Source: the human T2T-CHM13v2.0 reference genome, Homo sapiens
Strand: one strand, 5' to 3'
NCBI RefSeq assembly: GCF_009914755.1
Contig: NC_060933.1
DNA: 64,000 bases
The notes below the pieces were generated by a model. It was not told the DNA's origin and ran no database searches. It saw only the letters and a list, made by a program, of their open reading frames with translations. The translations under genes and the position numbers were made by a program. Positions 28,455 to 41,718 of this stretch are shown here, in pieces. The stretch's first letter is position 1. Each line of letters starts with the position of its first letter.

Positions 28455-29663
28455 CAAACTATTTTTCTTAGTCTCACACACTCACCACTCAATACATTAC
28501 TTCACCTCTGGTCACCAAAATATGTATGGATTTTTCCCCGCATGCAAAGGAATTCTCCAGCAGACACCACCAGGTTGGCCTATTATTGAATTCAATTCTG
28601 ACACTATCTACTTGGATATAGGGTCAGATCCCACACAGTAAGGGCACAGTCTCACAGGACTTCCCTTCACTTTAGATGCCAATTGCAGGTCCCAGAATGT
28701 GACCTGTACTTCTGGCCAACTGGCTATAAATTGGAGGTTCCCATTACCCCCTGTTTAGGTTCAATTAATTTGCTAGAATGGCTCACAGAAATCAGGGAAA
28801 CACATTATTTACATTTACTCATTTATTACAAAGGATGTTACTAAGGAAAGTAATGAACAGTTAGGTGGAGAAGCTGCATAGGGCAAGCTTGTCCAATCTG
28901 CCTTATTTTGTTGAGGTTGTTGTTGTTGTTGTTGTTTTTGTTGCTGTCCTGTTTTGTTTTGCTTTAGACTTTTAGCAACCTGAAGCCATGGTTTTTAGTT
29001 TCTGTCTATAGTGATAAGCAGAAAAGAGGAAGGAGGAAGGGGCTTTACTGGCCCAACTGGGAACAGAAACTAAGAACCCATGACTGTATTCCCTCCCTTG
29101 GACATCACTGAAGGCATGAGAGAAGGTGTAGGGAGCTTCCGTGCCCTCTCTGGTATGCCACCCTCAGGTACCTCCGTGTGTTCAGCAATTCAGAAGCTCT
29201 CCAAACTGATTTTGGGGTTTTATGAAAGCTTCATTATGTAGAAATGATTGATTACCTCATTGGCCATTGGTAATCAACTAAATTTTCAGCCCCTTTCCTC
29301 TTCCTGGGGAATAAGGGGTTGGGGCTAAAAGTTCATATCCTCTAATTACATGGTTAGTTTTCATGGCAATCAGCTCCTATTCTAAGGCTATCCAGGAGCC
29401 TACCAAGAGTCACCTCATTACAGCAAGAGATGCTCCTATAATCCAGGATATTCCGGGGATGTAGGAGCTCTGTATCAGATACTCCTATCACTCAGGAAAT
29501 TAAAAAGTTCTTCGGAGCTCTGTGTCAAGAACCAGGGTCAAAGACCAAATATAAGAACAAAAGATACTCCTAGCATCCCTATCTGCAAGGGTTTTAGAAG
29601 CTCTGTCTCAGGAATTAGGGACAGAGACCAAATACATAATTTTTATTATATCACAATATCACA
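28455..29663 (-). mobile_element. MER21-type LTR
   Basis: TTCAATTCTGACACTATCTAC..GTCAGATCCCACA...TTGCTAGAATGGCTCACAGAA...TATCACAATATCACA. Confidence 0.75.
28884..29110. mobile_element. Small hAT-type MITE (MER107-like) nested in the MER21 LTR
   Basis: Imperfect terminal inverted repeats CAAGCTTGTCCAA / TTGGACATCACTG and internal (GTT)n; interrupts the MER21 sequence. Confidence 0.6.
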
Positions 29664-29664
29664 T

Positions 29665-31155
29665 GGCATAATTCACTTTTATATTTTGTATATAGTTCAA
29701 TAAGTTTTACCAAATGCATGAAGTAATGTAGCTACCACTACAATCAGTAACACAGAATAGTCTCATCACCACAAAACAACTCTCCCTGGAATCCCCTTTG
29801 TAAGCACTCTCTACTGATATGTAACCTCTAGAAACCACTGATCTGTTTTCTGCTCCTATAATCTGGTGTACTTCAGAGTCTCAGAAAAATGTGATAATAG
29901 GAAATGAATGATAAAAAGCTATAAAACCTACAGAAAACAAATAGCAGAGTGCCAATAGTAAGTTCTTCCCTTTAAATGTAAATAGATTAAACTCTGCAGC
30001 CAAAAGATATAGATTGGCAGAATGGATTTTTTTTAAAAAATCCACACAGGATCCAACTCTATTCTGTCTATAATAAACTCACTTTAACCCTAAGTACAAG
30101 CACAGGTTGATAGTGGAAATACGGCAAAATATATTCTATGCAAATAGTAATAAAAAGAAAGAAGGGTGCCTATACTATCAGCCAAAATATACTTTAAGTG
30201 AAAAACTCTTATAAGAGACAAGGAAGGGCATTATATAATGATAATAGAATCAGTTCACCAAGAAGACATAACAGTTTTAAACATATATGGACCAAACACC
30301 AGAGCTTCAAAATATATGAAATATTTTCCTAAATCAGAGTCATGGTTATTTTCTCCTAGATTATCTTGTAAAGTTTTATAATTTTACATTTATGTCTATA
30401 ATCCATTTTTAATTTTTTATAAAGAGGGAGTTATAAGTAGAGGTTTATTTTTCACATAAGATGCCAAATTATTCCAGCACCATTTATTAAAAAGAAAATT
30501 CTATCTGTTCTTTGATCTTTATCAAAGATCAATTGACCATATATGTGGGCATCAGTTTATGGATTCCCTATTCTGTTACATTGACCTGCATGACTATCTT
30601 GATTACTGTAACTTAAGTCTTAACATCAGATAGTGTGATTCCTCTAACTTTGTCATTTTCAAAATTATTTTAGAATTTTTGCCCCTTTACCATGCCCTAT
30701 ACAATTTAAGAATCAGTTTGTGCTTTATCAGGATAAGAAAATTGCCTTTATTTGTACTTTGCTGAGAGTTTTCATAATAAGTGGATATTCAATTTTGTCA
30801 AACATTTTTATGTACCTAGTTGTGTGACTGTTAGATTTTATCAAAGCATTGTAAGAAAATTGCTATGAGTAATGCAGAGGATTAGCTCTTCTTGTTATTC
30901 CCAGATCAGCCCTATATTTTGACTGGAATTTTTCATTTCACTAATATGTATCTAGAGGACTGTATATTCTTCCCTATTTATTTAAGCAATTATTTATATA
31001 CATTTAGAATTAAAAATAATTTAATACTTTGGGATATAATTCAATACTACTTTGTTTATTTTATTGCACAAATTGTTCTAGTTTTGGCCACTGGGAGTTC
31101 TTTCTGTTGGCTCCTGTATTCCTTTGATATACCCCCATCATTGAGGGTTTTTTAA
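29665..31155. mobile_element. Cluster of old L1M fragments in both orientations
   Basis: Plus-strand ORF2 endonuclease remnant ~29905-30320 (TTAAATGTAAATAGATTAAAC..AGATTGGCAGAATGGAT) flanked by minus-strand L1M pieces. Confidence 0.7.
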
Positions 31156-33665
31156 ATGTGGTTTATTATTAATGAAATTAAAATGATCTATTCATAGCAC
31201 CTGAGATGATTTCAGATATCATATTATGCAAGCATTAAGATAATATTAAGAATTAGACTGGTAAATGAAAATCATAGAATCAGAGTACTTACTCAATGTC
31301 AAGTTTTGCTAATAATTGCAATGACACAAGCAGTTATATGACACAAGTGAAGCAGAAAGTGTTCTGGGACCCCAATGTGACTTATTGGGTCATTTCTTCT
31401 CACATGAGATGTGTTCTGGTACAGATCTTGCACAGAAGAAGCCACTTAGGTCATGAATTACTGAGTTACATAGTTTATGTGACATTTTCCTTGGAGCCAT
31501 CCCCTGTAAACCTAAAGATTCCAGGTCTATTTACACAGGTGATTCTAGATAGGCAGCTATATTTTACTATATGTATTTCATAGTTCTCTCTTGCTAGCCA
31601 AGGTCACATACTTTGTTTGCCAGGAGAGCTGCCATTATAATGTTTACAAGGCAATTAGACAAGATAATATGCTTTCTTTCTTCCTTTGATGCATCACCCA
31701 AACTCTGCCATGAGAGAGAAGGGCATGCAGGTCTACTTCATAAGTCCTTTCTTTCTAGATATTCTGGTACAGTATTTTAATGTATTTTATGATACAGATA
31801 CTCTAGCATTTAATATATTTTAATGTATCATGTTTAATATAAGCTCGATAAAGAATCATCACTTCACATACTTTGGATAATAATTGTACACAGTGCAAAT
31901 TCATGGAGAAAATAATCAGAACCATTAATGCTGATAATTTTGGGGCATTTAAACCTTTTTCAGGTCAATGGATTAATAGATTTATTAGCTCTTGCAGAGT
32001 GCAAGCATATTACAGATTTATAGTATAAGTGGTTAAAAACATTTTTATTTCACTGAAAATTCATGTAAAGTGAAGCTTTTGCAAAACTGTAACCTTTATG
32101 CTTTTAATAAAACAGTATTTCTGTTGTACATGATAATGATTTTGTTCTGGAACACTATGTATAAGCAGATTTTGAATTGAAGGCAGTGGAGCAAGTCTGT
32201 CAAAAATCAATTCAATTGATTTCCATTTATGTAGATGCATTGAGTTTTACAGTGGTTGAAGCTCTCTTTAAATTGATTGGATTCAGAATGCAGGCCAGTG
32301 GTCCGCATCCATATTCTACACCGTTTCTCCAAAACTTGGTAAAGAAAAATGCTTTAGAAACTTTCCTGAACAAATAATATAAAGATCATACCAACTATAT
32401 GTTAACCAATTAGTTATGAAATCTAAAATCATTAGGGTTACATTTCAAAAGTGAAGTTACTAAAAAGGTGAAATTCAAATCTAATAGAAATAGGGTAAAA
32501 TGCAGAACATTTATGAAACATAAAAGAGGGACTATCTGTGTTAGCAATTAAGGGCTGTAGCAATTTCTGATATCAGATTCCAAATTTGAAGAGATCCAGA
32601 CACTTCATACACAGGTTTATTTTGCCCTAATATTTTGTCTTATTGAGAATTGTGGTAAAGAGAGAAGACCTGAGTTTCATTCTTATAATGGTTTGAGACA
32701 TGAGGAAGTCACTGAACATTTCTGGACGTAACTCACTTGCATGATTTCAACTATCACATATACTTGGATGCTTGAATTACAAACCTATGTAGACTAGACT
32801 TTCCTGCTAAGCTGAAAAGCTGTATATGAACATTTCTTTCATGTTAGCTCCAGTTGACTGTTTCTCAGGTACTTTCAATTTCACATGTCCCAAATTTTTC
32901 TGATTTTCCTCTGGCCTCTGAATGCCCTTTCTCTGTGAGCAGCATCGTCACACACCTTGTCACCCAATCTCAAAAATGGAAAGACACCTTCCAAGTAGCC
33001 TCTTCTCACCACCCTTATCCTATTCCACACCCTGTTTCAAACACTGTGAAGGTTTTTGGAGTAGCTGTTCAAAGGACCTACCACAATTAGTTTCTGAAAA
33101 GAACAAAAAAATTACTAGCTCCAGCTGGTTGACCATCACAATTGAGATCATGCTTGATTCTGCCTCTGATGTAAGATTTTCATTGCTCAAGGCAGTCAAT
33201 AAATTTTGATTCTTAAAGACACACTCTGATAATTTTCTGTGAAGTAGGAAACTCACTCAAGAAGACCAGCCTTTGAGTGGTATCACAGTCTAGACTTTAA
33301 ATTTATAAGGTGGAAATGGGCTGTAGTTGGAATAGATTCTTAGCTCTGTGGATTCTATTTCTATCACAGCTCTCCTATCCACCTCTCTCTCCGTTGCCCA
33401 TGAAATGGCCTAAATCCAGGCCTTTAACACTTTTTATTTGAATTATTATGGAAATAGTTAACTGTCCTTACTGCCTCCAGACATGCTTCCCTCTAGCTTC
33501 CTCCTTCATATTGATGTGCAATGATATAAACTCCAAATCTGATCCAAGTCTGCTGAAAAGCCTTTAATAAATGACTTCCTACATTTTTTCAGGAAAAAGT
33601 TTAAGTTTTGTGGCTCATCACATACCACATTTTTTGAATGAATATACAGTAAAATAAAAAGTAGT

Positions 33666-34218
33666 AGAAATACCATTTGACCCAGCAATCCCATTACTGG
33701 GTATATACCCAAAGGATTATAAATCATGCTGCTATAAAGACACACACACACACACGTATGTTTATTGCGGCACTATTCACAATAACAAAGACTTGGAACC
33801 AACCCAATGTCCAACAATGATAGACTGGATTAAGAAAATGTGGCACATATACACCATGGAATACTATGCAGCCATAAAAAATGATGAGTTCATGTCCTTT
33901 GTAGGGACATGGATGAAGCTGGAAACCATTGTTCTCAGCAAACTGTTGCAAGGACAAAAAAACAAACACCCCATGTTCTTACTCATAGGTGGGAACTGAA
34001 CAATGAAAACACATGGACACAGGAAGGGGACCATCACACACCGGGGACTGTTGTGGGGTTGGGGGATGGGGGAGGGATAGCATTAGGAGATATACCTAAT
34101 GCTAAATGATGAGTTACTGGGTGCAGCACACCAACATGGCACATGTATACATATGTAACAAACCTGCACGTTGTGCACATGTACCCTAAAACTTAAAGTA
34201 TAATAATAATAAAAGAAA
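33666..34218 (+). mobile_element. 5'-truncated L1PA (about L1PA4-6) 3' end
   Basis: WIKKMWHIYTMEYYAAIKNDEFMSFVGTWMKLETI; canonical 3'UTR and poly-A; TSD AAAAAGTAGT at 33656-33665 and 34219-34228. Confidence 0.95.
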
Positions 34219-34455
34219 AAAAAGTAGTTGAATGAATATAGAGTAAACAAAAATGGGTGGGCCTCATGCTTCTATAAAATACAAGGCTTTATTAGGTAAA
34301 TTAAAAGTTTCTTAAGCTTCCAACATTTTCTTATTCCACAGGAAGCTGTAAAATTTTCTGCACTGGATCCACACTTTGTCTTTATATTCTCCTCTCAGCA
34401 CACCATTTCCCAATATTTGGTAACCCACAGGTTAGCATCGAAAATAAACAAGTCA

Positions 34456-35660
34456 GGGTGGCTGGCAAGGTGGCCAAATAGGAACAGCTCTGGTCTGCAG
34501 CTCCCAGTGAGATCAACGCAGAAGGCAGAAGGTGGGTGATTTCTGCATTTCCAACTGAGGTAACCAGCTCATCTCATTGGGACTGGTTAGACAGTGGGTG
34601 CAGCCCAAGGAAGGTGAGCTGAAGTAGGGTGGGGCATCACCTCACTCACGAAGTACAAGGGGTTGGGGAACTCCCTCCCCTAGCCAAGGGAAGCCATGAG
34701 GGACTGTGCCATGAGGAATGGTGCATTACAGCCCACGTACTATGCTTTTCCCATGGTCTTCACAACCTGCAGACCAGGAGATTCTCTCGGGTGCCTGCAC
34801 CACCAGGGCCCTGGGTTTCAAGCACAAAACTGGGTGGCCATTTGGACAGACACCGAGCTAGCTGCAGGAGTTTTTTCATACCCCATTGGTGCCTGAGAAT
34901 GCCAGCAAAACAGAACCGTTCACTCCCCTGGAAAGGGGGCTGAAACCAGGGAGCCAAGTATTCTAGCTCAGAGTATCCCACCCCCACAGAGCCCAGCAAG
35001 CTAAGATCCACTGGCTTGAAATTTTCACTGCCAGCACAGCAGTCTGAAGTTGATCTGGGATGCTTGAGCTTGGTGGGGGGAAGGCTACTCAAGCCATCAC
35101 TGAGGTTTGAGTAGGCGGTTTTCCCCTCACAGTGTAAACAAAGCTGCCAGGAAGTTTGAACTGGGTGGAGCCCACTGCAGCTCAGCAAAGCCACTGTAGC
35201 TAGACTGCCTCTCTAGATTCCTCTTCTCTGGGAAGGGCATCTCTGAAAGAAAGGCAGCAGCCCTAGTCAGGGGCTTATAGATAAAACTCCCATCTCCCTG
35301 GGACAGAGCACCTGGGGGAAGGGGCAGCTGCAGGCACAGTTTCAGCAGACTTAAACGTTCCTCTCTGCCAGCTCTGAAGAGAGCAATGGATCTCCCAGCA
35401 CAGCGCTCAAGCCCTGCTAAGGGACACACTGCCTTCTCAAGTGAGTCCCTGACCCCTGCACATCCTGACTGGGAGACACCTCCCAGCAGGGGTCGACAGA
35501 CACCTCACACAGGAGAGCTCTGGTTGGCATCTGGTGGGTGCCCCTCTGGGACAAAGCTTCCAGAGGAAGGAACAGGCAGCAATCTTTGCTGTCCGGCAGC
35601 CTCCGCTGGTGATACCTGGGCAAACAGGGTCTGGAGTGGACCTCCAGCAAATTCCAGCAG
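34456..35660 (+). mobile_element. L1PA7-like 5'UTR only
   Basis: GGCCAAATAGGAACAGCTCTGGTCTGCAGCTCCCAG start; ends at GGAGTGGACCTCCAGCAAATTCCAGCAG before ORF1. Confidence 0.88.
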
Positions 35661-37900
35661 ATTGGATGTTATTGGTTTATAGAAATGCTACTGAATTTTG
35701 GACATTGATTTTCTATCCTGGAACTTTGTTGAAGTTGTTTATCAGAGCTGGGACCCTTTTGTCAGAGACTGGGATTTTCTAGGTATAGAATCATATTATC
35801 TGCAAACAGAGATAGTTTGACTTCCTCTTTTCCTATTTGGACACTTTTTATTTCCTTCTCTTACCTGATTGCTCTTGCTAGGACTTCCAGTACTACAATG
35901 GCTAGGAGTGATGAGAGTGGGTATCCTTGTTTTGTTCCAGTTCTCAAGGGGAATGTTTCTGGATTTTGCCCATTCAGTATGATGCTGGCTGTGAGTTGTC
36001 ACGGATGGCTCTTATTATTTTGAGTTATGTACCTTCAATACCTAGTTTGTTGAGGGTTTTTAAACACGAAAAGATGTTGAATGTTATTGAAAGACTTTTC
36101 TATGATGATCATGTGGTTTTTGTTTTTAGTTCTGCTTATGCAATGAATCACATTTATGGATTTATGTATGTTGAACCAACCTTATATCCTAGGAATAACG
36201 CCTACTTGATTTAGTAGATTAGCTTTTCGATGTGCTGCTGGATTTTTGTTGAGGATTTTTGCATCTATGTTTATCAGGGATATTGGCCTGAAGTTTTCTT
36301 TTTCCATTGTTTCTCTGGCAGGTTTTGGTATCAGAATAATGCTGGCCTCATAGAATGAGTGAGGGCTCAGCTCAGGCTCTTTGTTCACTCCCCAGCTTGC
36401 AGGCAGCAGGGGCAGGGACCTTGGCAGTGACAATGTTAGAGGGCCTTACACTTACCTCTTGGAGCTCCAACCCAGAGAAATGCAGAGCCTCTGCTAACCA
36501 AAATGATCAGCCCGGGGTGGAGTGGCTATGTCACACACCCAAGTTGGAAGCCTTGCCTGGTGGTGAGCAGGGGGTGGGGGCTTACAGGGAAGACAGTCTG
36601 GCCTCTTTGGGAAAGAGCAAAGAACCTGAGTGCCTGTGGTATGCTGGAGGTGTAATAAGGCACTCAGGTTCTTTGTTCTTTCCCAACCTGGTGGCAGCAA
36701 TAGCAGGCACCGCTGTAGCAGTGGTGTCAGAGGGATCGTCAGTTGCCTCTGAGAACTCCACCCCAGAGATACATGAAGCTACTGCCAATGGGAATGATCA
36801 GCTGGGGGTGGGGTGGCTGCATGGCAGACCCAATCCAGGGGCCCTGCCTGGTGTAGAGCAGGGGGTCAGGGGTTCACAGGGAAAAGGGACTGGGTTCCTC
36901 TCTGTAGGACAGCTGCAGCATGCTGGAGGTACCAGCAAAACAGTCAGGATCTTTGTTCTTTCCCCAGCCCGAGGGCAGCAAGGGCAATATCCCCGCAGCT
37001 GAGATGGTAGAGAGCCTTTGGGTCGTCTCTGGGATTTCCTCTCCAGATAAAAGCAGTGCCACCACTGACTGAAGTGCTCAGGCGGGGGCAGGATGACTGT
37101 GCTGGGGTCCAGGTTGGGAGGCCCTGCACAGTGAGGAGTAGCAGGGGCAGGAATCCACAGGGGAAATAGTCTGGCTGCTTTCCTGCATGGCAGCTGCACT
37201 GCGTTGGAGACACATGATAGTCCTTAGGCTCATCACTTACTCCCTCTGCAGCCTCAGGGCAGTAGGGGTGGGGGCTGCAGCAGCAGCAAAAAGGCGGAAC
37301 TGTCAGTTAACTCTGGGAGCTCTGGCCCAGGGAAGTGCAGAGTCACTACTAGCCTAAGTGTTCAGGCAGGGGTGTGTTGGCTGCGCTGGGGACCTGGGCC
37401 CGTGGGCTTTGGCTGGCAAGGTGTGGCGAAGGTAAGGCCTATAGTCTGTCTGCTCCTCAGCACTGTGAAAGCAGCATGTATCTTGGGAGCGTGCAAGAGG
37501 GCCTGGCCTCACCTGCTGGCAGAGCTATGGCAGCTGACCCTGGGATGCTCAGGAGCCCAAGGCCCTTGAGGCTCCATATGTGCCTGAGTGGCAGCTCTGC
37601 CCAGACTCTGCACAGCGCTCTGTCAGTCTGGAGGCCCTGGAGAGAGAGGGTCAGGGGATCTCCTGTGCCCAGGATTGCAGAGATCCATGGCAAGAGTATG
37701 GGCTCCTGGGGGCTCTTGCCCACTCACACTTTCCCTGTGGTGAGAAGCCTTCCTTGGCTCCATGCGAATCCCAGGTGGGCAGCTGCCCTGTCTCACTCTT
37801 CTCTCTTCTCTCTGGGTTTTGTTGTTTCCTTGATGAGTCCCAACGTGTCCTCCTGGGCAATCCAGTTGAAGAGGTAGTGTTTATTGGCCATTCTGTCCCT
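35661..37900 (-). mobile_element. Older L1 (L1PA13-16/L1PB-type): repeated 5'UTR (36361-37900) joined to an ORF2 RT fragment (35661-36360)
   Basis: ORF2 peptide [32 protein letters not shown]; GC-rich 5'UTR with ~280-290-bp units (CTTTGTTC anchors near 36378, 36671, 36951). Confidence 0.8.
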
Positions 37901-38800
37901 TGATATTACACAACCCATCTGAGCCATAGTCCTTCAGCCACATCCATGACCAAGTGCCTGGGAGATTTAAATAAACTCGGTGCTCTGCTTGTGTAGTAAA
38001 AACAGACTACCACCTAAGCTGAGATTTTTAATCATCACTTATGGAAAGGATATCCATGAAAGTCCATTAAAACTATGAATATATACAGATTGAATATCTG
38101 ATAAGACACATCTTGAAAATATGTAAATATTTTGATGCATAATGTTTAAGGAAGGAGAAAAGAACAGAGACCTTTTTTTAACCTTTTCGTCCTATGTGAT
38201 ATCTGTATTTAGAATATAGTTAACTCATCTGCAAATCCGATTCCAAATAATAGAGAAAAAAATCTATGTTAATTTTTCCCCATTTCACTTGTATTATTTG
38301 GAGATATGTAATTTCTAAAAGGCAATAGGCAATACAATGATATTTTAATTTTTAAAAACAAGCAGCTTTTTTTTTTTTGCTTTTCTCACTTGGAATGCCA
38401 ATCAACAAGGGTTTTTTGGTTTTTTGTTTTTTTGCTTGTTTGTTTACTCTACTTATAATGAAATCAAGTAGTTTTTCTGAACAGAATAATATGTTTAGGG
38501 GAAGAAATAGCTTATAAGATTATTGACTGAATGTGAAACTCAAACATTAAATGAGATGAAAAAACTAAATTAGTTATTCCCTGAGACAAACAGGGATGGG
38601 AGAACACCTCTGGGAGGCAGCTCCTTTTCCTCAGTTTTACTTATGTATTTAGTTCAACATATCCACACATAGTGCTTATCATATACCAGGTACTATTGTA
38701 AAATACATAACTGTTGATTTACTGGGTTCTCATAACTCCCTAGGAAGGTTATTTTTATCATTTTGCCCTTTTACCTGAGGTAAGTGAGGCTCATACATGG

Positions 38801-39355
38801 TGTGATGGTTGATTTTATGCATTTACTTGACTGGGCATGGGGTGCACAGACATTTGATCAAACATTCTTCTGGGTACTTCCATGAGGGTGTTTTCTGATG
38901 AGATTAACATTGCAATCAGTAGACTAGTTAAAGCAGATTGTCCTTCTTAATGTGAGTGGCCCTCATCTAATCACCAGAAAGTCTGTTAAGTAGAACAAAA
39001 AGGCTGATTCTTGTGCAAATAAGAAAGAACTCCTCCTGCCTGGTGGTTTGAGCTTGGACATTGGTGTCTTCTGTCTTCAGACTCAGCTGAAACATTGGCT
39101 CCTCAGACTCACACTGGAACTACACCATTGGCTCTCCCAAGTCTCTAGCTTGTCAGTTGCACATCTTGGGACTTCTCAGCCTCCATAATTACATGAGCCA
39201 ATTCCTTATCATAAATTTTCTTATATATATGCATGTGTACACACACACACACATATGCACACATATGCGCACGCGCACATACATGTGCACGCACACACAC
39301 ACACACGCACTCACACATACACACACAATCTGTTTATCCAGAGGACTCTAATACA
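38801..39355 (+). mobile_element. MLT2 solo LTR inserted in a MIR, with internal (CA/TA/CG)n microsatellite at ~39222-39326
   Basis: TGTGATGGTTGATTTTATG..ACTTGACTGGGC...CTAATACA. Confidence 0.88.
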
Positions 39356-39486
39356 GGGAGTAAGTGTCTCAAGGCCACATAGTTACAAAGCTCACCCAGG
39401 GAGTCTGACTCCAGGGCCCATACTCTGGGCATCAAATATCACTCAACGTTCACATAAAACATAATGTCTTAGGCACATTACATGTA

Positions 39487-40020
<534 letters not shown>

Positions 40021-41287
40021 TACTCCTGTGAGATCAATACTAATATCTCAATTTGAGAAATGAAAAATTTGAGTCTCAGATGATTTAAGCAAAATACCCA
40101 AGGTTACATAGTTCTATGTAGCTGAGGTAGAACTTGAACCCAGATCTTTGTGGCTCCAAACACCATTTTCTTTCCAATTTGCCTTCTGTCAGTTATCTAC
40201 CTTTAATTAATATAAGTATTTATCTACCTTTAATTAATTACTATGCATAATCATGAAATAAGCTGAATTATCTCTGCATTTTAAGATCTAGATAAAATGG
40301 GTTTAATACCACACTGGTGGAAAATCCCAGTAGCCCTCCTGCATTTATGTGAATTTCAGATTCCCTGACTCTGAATTGACAAGTTCTCTAAACTCTTTTT
40401 TCTCTTTGCAGCATCTAGAAACTTCTTACTTCCACATGAGGAATACAATGTCATTTGTTGGATTTTCACATGACAACAAAAGAAAATAATAAACAAGACC
40501 TTGCTTGCATGGAAAATTCATTGCCTATTGTAGGAAAAGGCAGGGATGTCATTACACAGAGCAAAGAAAATAACAGAGGTTAATCAATGTTACTGCTAGC
40601 TTGCTCTTATATATACTTATTTTCATTTCTGATGCTTTTTTCCTCTCAAGGGTAAAAAAACAAACATCAAATCTCTATAAATCTCTCATGCAGGGCACCC
40701 AGCTTTCTGCAGCTCTGTCCTTCTTTGGTTTGTAATCCACACTTTTGAAGCCCGTCTAAGTGCATTCATAGACAAGGCCATCTCTCCCCTTGGCCTTTGA
40801 CTGTGGGGCAGGGTGTAAAAAGTGGGAGGTGGGTTATATGCTTCTAGTTGGGTAAATGCTAAGCGTTTTTATGTGGGTTGCATTTTATTTTCGCTTTCTA
40901 ACAACATAATTGAACATTCAGAAAGGGTGAGTAACTTTCCAAAAGTTTCACAGATACTGAAAGATAAGTCAGGGTTCATACTTTGGTCTGTCTGATCACA
41001 AGCCAGACTAAGATTTGAACTTCTCTGAGACTGTTTCCTCAAATTTAAAATCAGAATCATGTTATCTAATTCACTGGCTGAACCAAGCTCATTCCTCACC
41101 CATTTTTTATTGGTACTTCTTAAAGAATGTGGTCCTCACTCTCTAGGTTCCATGTTTTGAGCATAAAATTCCTATCCCTGTACCCCAGGCAGAGAGGACT
41201 GGACCAGGCGTGGACCTCTGACCTACAATATCCAAGGCATTAGGTTTTCCTGGTTCATCACCTCCTTCAATTGTAGATGCTGCAGAT

Positions 41288-41718
41288 GCTGCCCTCTCTG
41301 TAGAGGTTTAAGTAAACAGGAAAGAATGTTTAATGAAAATAAGGGGAACAAAGAAACCATGTGGAGTAAAAGCAGAGATGACACATCAGGAGGCTACAAA
41401 TGAACAATAAGTGAAACATTAGTTCCTGGACCTCAAACCTTGATGCCAGCATTCAGGAGGCTTCCTAGGCAAGGAAGTAAATTGGTGTGAGGTGACTGAA
41501 CTGCAAGATGAGGTGGAATTTCAACATTCAGGCTGCCCTCTCTGCAGAGGTTTAAGTAAACAGGAAAGAATGTTTAATGAAAATAAGGGGAACAAAGAAA
41601 CTATGTGGAGTAAAAGCAGAGATGACACATCAGGAGGCCACAAATGAACAATAAGTGAAACATTAGTTCCTGGACCTCAAACCTTCATGCCAGCATTCAG
41701 GAGGCTTCCTAGGCAAGG
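41288..41718. repeat. 187-bp direct duplication (41288-41474, 41532-41718) with 57-bp spacer, inside a probable old MLT1 LTR
   Basis: The copies differ at 4 positions by eye. Confidence 0.95.

Noticed and set aside
41288-41718. Repeat-spacer-repeat as a CRISPR-like array
   Set aside because: Only two 187-bp copies, no cas genes, eukaryotic context.
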